DNA from: Marispirochaeta sp.
GTDB lineage: Bacteria; Spirochaetota; Spirochaetia; JC444; Marispirochaetaceae
Direction of reading: 5' to 3'
Assembly: GCA_963676835.2 (NCBI GenBank)
Contig: CAXXFF010000001.1
Span: 800,001-864,000, forward strand
Length of the DNA stretch: 64,000 nucleotides
Part shown: positions 1 through 9,471 of the stretch, one piece after another
How the letters are laid out: every line of letters begins with the position of its first letter
How positions within the stretch are numbered: position 1 is the first letter of the stretch
Position numbers and translations under genes: made by a program
The notes under the pieces: generated by a model
Seen by the model: the letters and a program-made list of their open reading frames with translations, nothing else
Told to the model about the DNA's origin: nothing
The model's database searches: none

Positions 1-1035
1 CTCTTTAGGGCCGATATCAAAGGTATAGGCTTCGTTTGACATGGGAATACGCAGTTTTTCAAGCTGAATAAGCAGGGCATCGTAGAGCCTTCCCAGAGGA
101 TCTGAAAGCTGAGTGTTGGCAAGCTGCTTATGCACAAACCAGAGCCGTTCGGAGAGAATCTGGGTAAGCCTGGAAATAAGCTGGGGCTGGTTGGATACCA
201 TGCGGGTGAAGTTCGCCTTGTTTACCGCCATAAGGACCGTATCCTCATGGGCAATGGCAGAGGCTGAACGGGGCTTATCCTCAAGGAGAGACATTTCGCC
301 GAACATATCACCCGCTTTAAGCAGGGCAAGCATAACCTCGTTGTCGTTCTGTATCTTGGTGATCTTTACACTGCCTTTCTGGATAATGTACATCTCTTTT
401 CCCGGCTGTGCTTCGGAGAAGATCATGGTGTTCTTGGGATAGGTCCGGGTAAACTCTTCTCCATTCAGATCCAGATAGACAGCCTTGGCATAGGGCTTTA
501 TTTTAGCCATACGCTCTTTTGCCACCCGCAGATTGGATCCGTTGGGAGAGTTCACTATATACTGATGATAGGCATAATAGGCAAGATTGAACTGATTCTG
601 CCGGGCGTAGTATTCGGCAACCCGGAACAGATGACCCAGATCTTCAGAATCGCCGCTTTTGAGGGTAAGCCGGGCAAGGGCTTCATCGAAATACCGCATT
701 TTCTTGGAGAACTGCTGGATTATCTTCATTGCCACAGGGGCGTTACGTTCGATAAGCAGTCCGTACTGTTCGCGGCGAACCGCGATAAGAGTGACATCTG
801 TCAGAGCCTGGGCGGTTTCAATATGACTGTGGGAGGACATGGTGGAGACTACTCCGAAGAAATCCCCTGGAGCAAGAAGATTGCCTCCTTCCTCCTCTAC
901 GACCTCAACTTCCTTACTGATGCTGACTTTTCCGGCGCGGATAATGTAGAAACAGTCGGCCTTCTGCTTCCCTTCTACAATTATATATGCGCCTTTTTTA
1001 AAGTTAACCAGCGACAGCTGTAAAGGATTATTCAT
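1..1035 (-). CDS. Cyclic nucleotide-binding (Crp/Fnr-like) protein with two cNMP domains; runs off the window edge
   Basis: Manual translation from ATG at 1035: MNNPLQLSLVNFKKGAYIIVEGKQKADCFYIIRAGKV...PGDFFG..., second domain IFSEAQPGKEMYIIQKGSVKI...GDMFGEMSLLEDKPRSASA. Absent from the ORF track because no stop lies in the window. Confidence 0.85.
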   Translation of the reverse strand, partial: MNNPLQLSLVNFKKGAYIIVEGKQKADCFYIIRAGKVSISKEVEVVEEEGGNLLAPGDFFGVVSTMSSHSHIETAQALTDVTLIAVRREQYGLLIERNAPVAMKIIQQFSKKMRYFDEALARLTLKSGDSEDLGHLFRVAEYYARQNQFNLAYYAYHQYIVNSPNGSNLRVAKERMAKIKPYAKAVYLDLNGEEFTRTYPKNTMIFSEAQPGKEMYIIQKGSVKITKIQNDNEVMLALLKAGDMFGEMSLLEDKPRSASAIAHEDTVLMAVNKANFTRMVSNQPQLISRLTQILSERLWFVHKQLANTQLSDPLGRLYDALLIQLEKLRIPMSNEAYTFDIGPKE

Positions 1036-1143
1036 ATCGCTCCCGGTTTACGATGCTCAAACTAAGTATATGGCCCGCGCAACGCCTTTGTCAACGCATA
1101 CCACTATCCCTATTCTCGGCGAAACCGCCCTTAAAATGAAGCA

Positions 1144-2799
1144 CTACCAGCGGTCGATAACCCTTAGGGGATACCACCGGCTCTCGTAATCTTCAATATT
1201 GCCCACCGCCTCTTCATGTATGGTCTGAAGACTGTAAACCCGGTCTTTTACCCTGACCATACTCTTGGGATCCGTGGGTTTTATCTCTACAATTCCCCGG
1301 GAAAAGAGAATGCGGCGGTTGTCAACACTGCCGAAATAGTACTCTTCCGGATCTTCCAGCTCTTCATCAACCTCGTGGCCGAGGTCGCCCATAAAGACAT
1401 CAACGGGAATCCAGCCGAAGCCGTGGAGATAATATTCGGCCCAGTAATGAAAGGTAGTGGATCCGTCATTGAAGATGTAGCTTCCGGCGATAACCCGGGC
1501 GGGAACATGTACAGCCCTGAGGAGAGCAGTATAGAGACGGTTGTAATCGAATGAATCACCCTGCCGGGATTCTATAAAGGCGGAAGCATCTGCATTACCC
1601 GTTCTGCGGGGGGCAAAATCCTTTATCATCATGCGGTACAGCGCCCGGGCCTTGTAATAGGGATTTTTCTCCCGCCCCACTGTCCGTTCGGCAAGCCTGA
1701 TAATCTCCGGATCCGCAGATGAGACAATTGAATCCGGAGAGGTGAAAACCTTATACAGCTTCCAGTCCCGGTCATAGTCGGAGGAAACCTTTGCAGGGGT
1801 TATACGGGTCTCCAGAGCAGTCCGGTCAAGCCAGTAGGTGATCGAAATGGTATAGCGACGCCAGGGTTCAACATCGGTGAGCCTGTACCGGGCCACACCG
1901 TTATAGTTTTCCCACAGGGGTGCAGGATCCCTAACGGCATCAAGGTTTGTCTGGGAACTGCCGCCGATGACATTGGGTATCCACAAATTAAGGGCATTAT
2001 CCGGAGAGGCGTTTACGTTTTCAACCTCTACGGTGTAGTTCACCTGATATCCCCGCTTGTTGGGCAGCAGTCTGTCTCCGATCATGTCGGAGACTTCAAA
2101 ATAGAGGGCGTTGCTTACTCCCCGGTCGGTTACCAGTCTGATACTGCCCGAAGTCGCTCCGTCGGGAACCCGGACGGAAACCTCCGTATCTACCCAGCTT
2201 TCATAATCAAAATCCGCGGAGGAACACTGGATTCCAACAGCAGCAGGTTCAGCATCATCAGCAGTCTGAGCCATGGTGGAGGCAAAATAGACCTTTCCCA
2301 CTCCCTGGTCGCTGCCGAAATTCAACCCCCGGATGGTCACCACCGAACCAATGGCGGTATTGGCTGGATCAAGGGATTCAATATAGGGCATTCCCGGTGC
2401 AGCCGGGCCGGAGAGAAGCTTGGGAATATCGTTGGTACTGGTGAAGAGTACCGTATTACTGGCTTCATTATCCCGCCGGACAACCAGCCGCCCGGAATTA
2501 ACATCCTCGGGAATCTGAACGCTTATACGGGTATCGGTCCACTCGACGTAAGACTGGGAGTTGGGCCTGGATCCTGCGAAAATCACCTCGCTGCCGTTAC
2601 GGGCATCGCCGAAATGCTCTCCGCTTATTACCAGCACCTTGCCGGGTTCTCCCACCTCGGGAGTGATGGATTCTATTCTGGGTGATTTTTCAATCAGCCG
2701 GGAGGAGAAGATATATAAAACAACCAGGGTTACGAGAAAAACTACAGGAAGAATCCGCTGATCCCGCAGCAGATTCCTCACCGAAACGGGTATTGCCAT
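1144..2799 (-). CDS. Membrane-anchored protein with two IPT/TIG domains and a C-terminal transglutaminase-like domain
   Basis: N-terminal TM; two PxIESxxP...G..VxIxGxxFG repeats; GDSFDYNRLYTALLRAVHVPARVIAG, HYWAEYYLHGFGWIPVD. Confidence 0.8.
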   Translation of the reverse strand: MAIPVSVRNLLRDQRILPVVFLVTLVVLYIFSSRLIEKSPRIESITPEVGEPGKVLVISGEHFGDARNGSEVIFAGSRPNSQSYVEWTDTRISVQIPEDVNSGRLVVRRDNEASNTVLFTSTNDIPKLLSGPAAPGMPYIESLDPANTAIGSVVTIRGLNFGSDQGVGKVYFASTMAQTADDAEPAAVGIQCSSADFDYESWVDTEVSVRVPDGATSGSIRLVTDRGVSNALYFEVSDMIGDRLLPNKRGYQVNYTVEVENVNASPDNALNLWIPNVIGGSSQTNLDAVRDPAPLWENYNGVARYRLTDVEPWRRYTISITYWLDRTALETRITPAKVSSDYDRDWKLYKVFTSPDSIVSSADPEIIRLAERTVGREKNPYYKARALYRMMIKDFAPRRTGNADASAFIESRQGDSFDYNRLYTALLRAVHVPARVIAGSYIFNDGSTTFHYWAEYYLHGFGWIPVDVFMGDLGHEVDEELEDPEEYYFGSVDNRRILFSRGIVEIKPTDPKSMVRVKDRVYSLQTIHEEAVGNIEDYESRWYPLRVIDRW

Positions 2800-2810
2800 A
2801 CTGTCACCAA

Positions 2811-3290
2811 TTAACTGTTGTCTGCCTGAAGCTGCGAAAGTTTATTTACGGTTATTTCAATTTCCAGAATGAAGGAACTCTCCCCATCTCCATGAGGATC
2901 AACCCCCATGGGAAAAAACAGGGCGCTCTCCCCCAGTTTCAGGGGAATACTGGTCATTCCCGAAAGATACTTTACATCTTCAGCACTGAATCGGTTGTAC
3001 CACACTTCGCCCTGCGCAACAAGGAGAACCCCTTCATCGTTATTCAGATAGGGGGTTAGACGGGAAATTGCCATTACATTGCTGCCTTCCAGACGGACAT
3101 CAACGGTACGGCCGGAAATGGTGTAGGCGTTGTTATCCATCTGCCAGGCAACATCTCCGGAGCTGTTGATCAGCCGGGCATGCAGTTTTAGAGAGAGTAC
3201 CTGATCAAGCAGATTTGCGGAGTCAGATGCATCCTGAGCAGGCAGACCGAATGAGGAAAAGCAGAGAAGTAAAGCAAGGATGAAGCGCAA
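2811..3290 (-). CDS. Exported hypothetical protein
   Basis: Signal-peptide-like N-terminus; 159 aa ORF in operon spacing. Confidence 0.6.
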   Translation of the reverse strand: MRFILALLLCFSSFGLPAQDASDSANLLDQVLSLKLHARLINSSGDVAWQMDNNAYTISGRTVDVRLEGSNVMAISRLTPYLNNDEGVLLVAQGEVWYNRFSAEDVKYLSGMTSIPLKLGESALFFPMGVDPHGDGESSFILEIEITVNKLSQLQADNS

Positions 3291-3298
3291 GTTGCCCC

Positions 3299-3838
3299 CT
3301 ATTCTCCCCCGCGGTATTCAGCGGTACGGAGAAACTGAGGTTCGCCCATTACCATAAAAACTGAATCCTCCGGCAGTTCGATGGTAATACTCACTCCCTG
3401 ATCATTTGCTTCCAGGTAACTGATTAACTGTTCCACCGATTCAAAGCCGTCAACCTGATCGATACTGGCAATGGCTGCATCGCCGGAGGGCACACCGTGA
3501 GTAGCATAGAACATGCCCAGAGCACCGAGACCGGCACAGAAAAGCCCGATCACCGCAAGGGCTGTCAGAGAGAGTCGGAGACGCCGAAAGGGAACCATGG
3601 AGTAGGCCCTGCGGTCTCTGGAACGCATTACACCCCGCCAGACCGTAATGGAAGCCGCTTCTTCCGCAGAGTGGAGCTGCTCGTCACCGGAATGGAGGAA
3701 GAACTGAACCTGCCGCAGGCGACGTTCGTTTTCCTTACAATCGGGACAGCCCGCGGTATGGCCGGCAACCTTGCCATGCCAGCCCTGTTCCAGTTCTCCG
3801 TCAATATAGGCGGAAAGTATTTCATTATCAGGACACAT
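3299..3838 (-). CDS. Zinc-finger (zf-HC2/ZAS) anti-sigma factor
   Basis: MCP...LSAYIDGEL...HTAGCPDC motif, one TM helix, overlaps the sigma factor stop. Confidence 0.85.
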   Translation of the reverse strand: MCPDNEILSAYIDGELEQGWHGKVAGHTAGCPDCKENERRLRQVQFFLHSGDEQLHSAEEAASITVWRGVMRSRDRRAYSMVPFRRLRLSLTALAVIGLFCAGLGALGMFYATHGVPSGDAAIASIDQVDGFESVEQLISYLEANDQGVSITIELPEDSVFMVMGEPQFLRTAEYRGGE

Positions 3839-4355
3839 GTATATCCTCCTGATTCAGATGCTGCTGCAGCCATGTCCGGGCCCGGAAAATACGGACCTTA
3901 ACATTACCTTCAGATATTCGCAGTATTTTACCGATTTCTTTGTAGTTCAGATCGCCATACTCCTTGAGAACAAGGGGAAGCCGCAGTTTTTCTGGAAGCT
4001 GCTGCAGGGCCTCGCGGATGAGTTGCGAAGTTTCTTCTTTAAGAAACTCTCCTTCGCCGTCGGGCATGGCAGGTTTCGGTTCGTTATACACCAGGGTATA
4101 GGCCTTCTGCTCCCGCCCTTTGCGTTTCTGAAGATTGTAGCTCAGGTTCTTCACTACCCGGATAAGCCAGTACTTGGCATCGTTCAGGGTCTTCAGCGGG
4201 GATGTGCGGTTGTAATAGCGTATAAACGCCTCCTGACACAGATCCTCTGCCGAAGCCTGATCACCGGTAATATGATAGGCCACACGAAACAGAACTGGGA
4301 ATATTTCATTATAAACCCGCTCAAAAGATTCGTCGCGGCCTGTCATATGGCTCAT
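3828..4355 (-). CDS. ECF sigma-70 family RNA polymerase sigma factor
   Basis: AEDLCQEAFI, WLIRVVKN, region 4 YKEIGKILRISEGNVKVRIFRAR. Confidence 0.92.
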   Translation of the reverse strand: MSHMTGRDESFERVYNEIFPVLFRVAYHITGDQASAEDLCQEAFIRYYNRTSPLKTLNDAKYWLIRVVKNLSYNLQKRKGREQKAYTLVYNEPKPAMPDGEGEFLKEETSQLIREALQQLPEKLRLPLVLKEYGDLNYKEIGKILRISEGNVKVRIFRARTWLQQHLNQEDIHVS

Positions 4356-4382
4356 TCTTAAAACAACACTCCCAAAAAGAGG

Positions 4383-5801
4383 TTACACCGAAGCGGGTAA
4401 AATCACCGTTCCCTGGGGTGTATCTTTAAGAATAAGGCCTTTTTCCTGAAAATAGTCCCGAATTTCATCGGCCCGGCCCCAGTTTTTATCCTTTCTGGCC
4501 TGAATACGCTCTTCCAGCATGGCCTTTTCTTCTTCCGAAGGCTGATACTCTTTGGCCGGCTCAATATCCTTGAGCTTTAGCCCCAGAACCGAGTCAAACT
4601 CATACAGAAGACCCAGTATTTCACCTGGGGTAAGATCGCCGTCCTTAAGGATGGTCCAGATTACCGCCAGCGCCCTGGGGGTATTCAGGTCTGCTTCCAG
4701 ATCGCCCCTGAAGGTTTCAGCATAGGAGCGTGCTTTCTCCGATCTGTTGCCCGCGGGCACCGGAGCCTCTCCGCTTTTCAGGAGTTCCCTGATCTTCTCT
4801 TCCAGGGAAAGCCGGGCGGAACGGGCCCCTTTCAGATTGTCAAAACTGAAATGGAGCTGGGTGCGGTAGTGGGCGCCGAGAAGAAAGTAGCGGTAATCCA
4901 GGGGATGATAGCCCTGATCGATTAATGACTGCAGGGTAAGAAAACCGCCCTTTGATTTTGACATTTTCCCCGAATCCATGAGGAGAAACTCATTATGCAG
5001 CCAGTAGTTTACCCACTTCTTTCCAGTGGCAGCTTCGGACTGGGCAATCTCGTTGGTATGGTGAACCGGGATATGGTCAATTCCGCCGCAGTGAATATCA
5101 AACTGATCGCCGAGATATTTCATACTCATGGCAGAGCACTCTATATGCCAGCCTGGATACCCTTTTCCCCAGGGAGAATCCCAGAGCATGATATGGTTTT
5201 CAAACTTGGACTGGGTAAACCAGAGAACAAAATCCCGTGGATGGCGCTTGTTTTTATCCACATCTACCCGGGCACCGGCTTTCTGCTCCTGACGCTCCAG
5301 GAGTGCGAGCTTGCCGTAATCCTTGAACTTGTCGGTATCGAAATAGACATTGCCTCCGGCCATATAGGTATAGCCGTTCTCTTCAATCCGCTTTATAAGA
5401 GCGATCATTTCATCGATATGCTGAGTGGCGGCACAGGAGACGGAAGGCCGGACGATATTAAGCCGGTCGGTATCCCGGAAAAAGGCCTCGGTATAGTACT
5501 CTGCAATATCCCACACGGTCTTTCCGCTTTCACGGGAAGTCTTGAGCATCTTATCCTCACCGTCATCATTATCGCCGGTAAGATGGCCCACGTCGGTGAT
5601 ATTCATAATATGCTGAACAGAATATCCCAGGTACTCAAGGGTCCTTCTCAGAACATCCTCAAATACATAGGCCCGGAGATTACCGATATGGGCGTAGTTG
5701 TAGACCGTGGGACCGCATGCATAAAAGGAGACGTTTCCCTCTTGTATAGGTTTGAACTCTTCAAGTGATCTGCTGAGTGAGTTGTAGAACTGAAGCGCCA
5801 T
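4383..5801 (-). CDS. cysS: Cysteine--tRNA ligase
   Basis: CGPTVYNYAHIGN (HIGH), PGWHIECSAMS, KMSKS; start reassigned to ATG at 5801 (MALQFYNSL). Confidence 0.97.
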   Translation of the reverse strand: MALQFYNSLSRSLEEFKPIQEGNVSFYACGPTVYNYAHIGNLRAYVFEDVLRRTLEYLGYSVQHIMNITDVGHLTGDNDDGEDKMLKTSRESGKTVWDIAEYYTEAFFRDTDRLNIVRPSVSCAATQHIDEMIALIKRIEENGYTYMAGGNVYFDTDKFKDYGKLALLERQEQKAGARVDVDKNKRHPRDFVLWFTQSKFENHIMLWDSPWGKGYPGWHIECSAMSMKYLGDQFDIHCGGIDHIPVHHTNEIAQSEAATGKKWVNYWLHNEFLLMDSGKMSKSKGGFLTLQSLIDQGYHPLDYRYFLLGAHYRTQLHFSFDNLKGARSARLSLEEKIRELLKSGEAPVPAGNRSEKARSYAETFRGDLEADLNTPRALAVIWTILKDGDLTPGEILGLLYEFDSVLGLKLKDIEPAKEYQPSEEEKAMLEERIQARKDKNWGRADEIRDYFQEKGLILKDTPQGTVILPASV

Positions 5802-5864
5802 GAGAATTACCTTCCTGCTTTTGAAAAACCCCGTATGGAACAAGCTGTTTAAACAGGGTAAAAT

Positions 5865-6785
5865 GTGCCGGTGAATAATGTACGTCATCCGAAGGAAAGA
5901 ATCAACATCGAAGAGTTTCTGGAAGAGAACCGCAGCCTCGCAGAACTTACAACCTTCAAGGTGGGGGGCCCTGCCCGCTACTTTCTGCAGGCGGAAAGCT
6001 GGGAGGCGGTGAGCAGTGCAAAACGCTGGGCACAGGAGCAAAATTTACCCTTTCTGCTTGTAGGCGGCGGTGCCAATCTACTGGTTGCAGACAGGGGTTT
6101 TCCGGGTCTTGCGGTCTGCACCACCCTCCTTAAGGAGATACGCGTTGAAGGAGAGACCCTTATAGCTGATGCCGGCGCGGAAGTGTCTGCCGCCTGTGAG
6201 GCAGCTCTGGAGAACCAGCTTTCCGGTCTGGAGTTCATCTACCGCATGCCCGGAACTATCGGCGGAGCGGTATGGATGAACGCCCGCTGTTACTCGGTCT
6301 CTGTGAGCGACCGGCTTGAAGGGGTCGATTTTATCGACTTTGAAGGAACCCTCAGACATTACACCCCGAGGGAGGGAGATTTCTCCTACAAGATTTCACC
6401 TTTTCAGGATAACGAGCGCATTATTACCCGGGCCTTTTTCAAGCTTACCCCGGGAGATAATGAGAGCATTTTTGCTGAAATGGAGAAAAACCGGAGAGAC
6501 CGGGAAGACAAGGGCCATTTTCTCTACCCCTGTGCGGGTTCTGTTTTTAAAAACAACCGTGACTTCGGCGCCCCCACGGGCCGGCTGATAGACGGCCTCG
6601 GTCTCAAAGGAACCCGTCACGGAGGGGCCCAGATTGCTCCATTTCATGGTAATATAATTATAAACAGGGACAGTGCCTCGGCACAGGATATCCTTGAATT
6701 GATTAAGCTCACAGAAAAAAAAGTAAAACAGGCCTACGGTTTTCAGCTTGAACGGGAAGTTCTGCTCGTAGGCGACTGGAATTGA
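5865..6785 (+). CDS. murB: UDP-N-acetylmuramate dehydrogenase
   Basis: TTFKVGGPA, GGGANLLV, PGTIGGAVWMNA, AGSVFKN, LEREV. Confidence 0.95.
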   Translation: MPVNNVRHPKERINIEEFLEENRSLAELTTFKVGGPARYFLQAESWEAVSSAKRWAQEQNLPFLLVGGGANLLVADRGFPGLAVCTTLLKEIRVEGETLIADAGAEVSAACEAALENQLSGLEFIYRMPGTIGGAVWMNARCYSVSVSDRLEGVDFIDFEGTLRHYTPREGDFSYKISPFQDNERIITRAFFKLTPGDNESIFAEMEKNRRDREDKGHFLYPCAGSVFKNNRDFGAPTGRLIDGLGLKGTRHGGAQIAPFHGNIIINRDSASAQDILELIKLTEKKVKQAYGFQLEREVLLVGDWN

Positions 6786-6806
6786 TTTCTTAAAAGGAGG
6801 ACGGGA

Positions 6807-8147
6807 ATGCGAAACTTGCTGGAAATACTCTCTGAAGAACCCCATTCTCCGGAACAGCTGAAGGAGCTTGTCCACGAGTTCCCTCTGACAGAACTGCTGG
6901 ACCAGTGGAGCTCCCTGGAAAGCGAACAGCGGATGCAGCTTTTTCATGCCATGGACAGGGACGAAAAGGGTGACCTTATTATCAGCCTGCCGGCGGTGGA
7001 TCAGCAGGAGCTGGTCGCCCTGGTAAGCGAAACCGATCTGAAGGATCTGCTCTCCAACATGGAACCGGACGACCTGGTGGACTTTATCCAGGCTGCCAGC
7101 GTTGAAATCCGCAAATCCCTCTGGCAGATGCTCAGTTCAGACCTGAAGCGGGAAATACTCTATCTTCTGCGTTTCGATGAGGATGATGCTGCCGGTCTGA
7201 TGACCCCCCGCTTTCTGGCGGTCCAGTCCCATATCAGCGTCAGCCAGGCCCTTCACTTTCTGCGCAAGAACGCCCGCAAAGTTGAAATGATGTACTATGT
7301 CTATGTGGTGGACAAGGAAAAAAGGCTTCAGGGAGTATGCTCTCTGAAGGACATTCTCAGTTCCAGCGACGACATGCTTATATCAGAAGTTATGACACAG
7401 GATGTTATATGCGTACGGGAAGACACCGACCAGGAAGAAGTAGCCAAGGTTCTGGAAACCTACGACCTGGTGGCCCTGCCGGTTGTAAACAATAACAACG
7501 CCCTGTTAGGGGTAATTACCTTCGATGATATAATCGACGTAATCCGGGAAGAACAGACCGAAGACGTGTACAAGATGGGAGCCATGGAAGGAGGCCTGGG
7601 GAGGTATCTGGACAGCTCAATCTGGGGACTGGTTAAAAAGCGGGTTCCCTGGCTGATTATTCTGCTTTTGGTCGGCACCATCTCGACCAATGTGGTTCAC
7701 CACTATCAGCCCCTGATAATAAGCGCGGCCTTTCTCTTTGTTTTCATGCCTGTCATTACCCAGACGGGAGGAAACTCGGGAAGCCAGTCCTCAACACTGA
7801 TGATCCGGGGTCTTGCCACCGGGGAGATCCATTTCCGGGATATCTGGGAGGTTATGCTCAAGGAGATTCTGGTCGGGGTGATTATGGGGCTGATCACCGG
7901 CGGGGTCATCATACTCCGGAGCTATATTCTGCCTCCGGGGCTGCCGATATACGATGCCGCGGTAATAGGGATAAGTCTGATTTTTGTGGTGCTCTTTTCC
8001 ACATTAATAGGAGCCCTGGCTCCGCTGCTTATTCACCGGATGGGTTTCGACCCCACAGTAATGTCCGCACCACTGATGGCCACGGTGATCGATGTATGCG
8101 GCCTGACCATCTATTTTGAGATAGCCAGGCTCTTTCTAGGACTGTAA
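6807..8147 (+). CDS. mgtE: Magnesium transporter MgtE
   Basis: CBS pair (AAGLMT, GVITFDD), GGNSGSQS, DPTVMSAPLMATVID. Confidence 0.95.
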   Translation: MRNLLEILSEEPHSPEQLKELVHEFPLTELLDQWSSLESEQRMQLFHAMDRDEKGDLIISLPAVDQQELVALVSETDLKDLLSNMEPDDLVDFIQAASVEIRKSLWQMLSSDLKREILYLLRFDEDDAAGLMTPRFLAVQSHISVSQALHFLRKNARKVEMMYYVYVVDKEKRLQGVCSLKDILSSSDDMLISEVMTQDVICVREDTDQEEVAKVLETYDLVALPVVNNNNALLGVITFDDIIDVIREEQTEDVYKMGAMEGGLGRYLDSSIWGLVKKRVPWLIILLLVGTISTNVVHHYQPLIISAAFLFVFMPVITQTGGNSGSQSSTLMIRGLATGEIHFRDIWEVMLKEILVGVIMGLITGGVIILRSYILPPGLPIYDAAVIGISLIFVVLFSTLIGALAPLLIHRMGFDPTVMSAPLMATVIDVCGLTIYFEIARLFLGL

Positions 8148-8186
8148 TTTCTTTGAATCCAGATTAGTAAATCAGAAATCCCCGGA

Positions 8187-9407
8187 TCAGACCGGGGCAA
8201 TAACCTTCATGTTGATAATATCAAAGGTGTCGATGGCAATCTGGAGCTCTTCGTTGGTGGGAAGAACACAGATTGCAGTCCGGCTGTAATCTGTTGAAAT
8301 TATACCGGTACTGCTGCCGTTCTCCTTGTTCTTGTCATAATCCATGACAATTCCAAGGCTTTCCAGGCGGTGACAGATACGTTCCCGCATTCTGGTTGAG
8401 TTCTCGCCGATTCCGCCGGTGAATACCAGAATATCGGTGCGGACCAGGTTGGCGGCAAAGGCACCGATGTATTTCCTGATACGGTGGGCGTATACATCCA
8501 GGGCTTCGGACGCCTGTTTATTCCCTTCGGATGCAGCGGCTTCGATATCGCGCATATCGCTGGAGATGCCGGAGAGACCGAGCATACCGCTCTCTTTATT
8601 GAGGATTCTGTTTATATCTTCGCTTGAGTAACCCCGGTCCATAAGATAGCAGATAATCTGGGGATCAAGGTCTCCGGAACGGGTTCCCATGACAACGCCT
8701 TCCAGGGGAGTGAATCCCATGGAGGTATCAACAGACTTGCCGTTGGCGATGGCGGTGATGGAAGCACCGTTTCCGAGGTGACAGGATATTACATTGGTGT
8801 TGGCCATATCCCGTTTCATGAGCTTGATAGCCTGGGCACTTACATAGCGGTGGCTGGTGCCGTGAAATCCGTAGCGGCGGATTCTGTATTTATCGTAAAA
8901 CTCCCGGGGGATTCCGTAAAGATAAGCAGCAGGAGAGAGGGTCTGATGAAAGGCGGTATCAAAAACCGCAACCTGGGGTGCTCCGGGAAGCAGATTCATG
9001 GCTTCCTGAATACCGATAAGGTTGGCCGGATTATGGAGCGGTGCAAGTTCCACATTCTTTTCAATGGCCCGGATAACCTGGTCATCAATGGCTACAGAAG
9101 AGGAGTACTCCTCTCCGCCGTGAACAACCCGGTGGCCTACCCCGGAAATCTCATCCATGGACTGAATAAGTCCCGCTTCGGGATCAATCAGCGCATTTTT
9201 AAGATACTCCATGGCCTCTTTGTGATCCGCCATAGGTGCGGAAATCGCATATTCCTGGCCGTCGGGTCTTTTCTGGGTAATATTCCCCACTTCAAGACCG
9301 ATACGCTCGATAAGACCCTTGCCGATACTCTCCCGTTCCGGCATCCGATATACCTCGTACTTTAACGACGAACTTCCGCAATTGATCACAAGTATGTTAT
9401 TCACCAT
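8187..9407 (-). CDS. ackA: Acetate/propionate kinase (paralogue 1)
   Basis: ILVINCGSSSLKY, GHRVVHGG, LAPLHNPAN, RRYGFHGTSH, HLGNGAS, FTGGIGEN. Confidence 0.93.
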   Translation of the reverse strand: MVNNILVINCGSSSLKYEVYRMPERESIGKGLIERIGLEVGNITQKRPDGQEYAISAPMADHKEAMEYLKNALIDPEAGLIQSMDEISGVGHRVVHGGEEYSSSVAIDDQVIRAIEKNVELAPLHNPANLIGIQEAMNLLPGAPQVAVFDTAFHQTLSPAAYLYGIPREFYDKYRIRRYGFHGTSHRYVSAQAIKLMKRDMANTNVISCHLGNGASITAIANGKSVDTSMGFTPLEGVVMGTRSGDLDPQIICYLMDRGYSSEDINRILNKESGMLGLSGISSDMRDIEAAASEGNKQASEALDVYAHRIRKYIGAFAANLVRTDILVFTGGIGENSTRMRERICHRLESLGIVMDYDKNKENGSSTGIISTDYSRTAICVLPTNEELQIAIDTFDIINMKVIAPV

Positions 9408-9471
9408 GGGCTCCTTCAATTTTGGTCATACCAATTATAGAGAGGTTTCCCCCCTTCGGCAATGTATATCC

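Noticed and set aside
5802..6041. 80-aa N-terminal extension of CysS in the ORF track
   Set aside because: Overlaps murB on the opposite strand; CysS-like sequence starts at the ATG at 5801.
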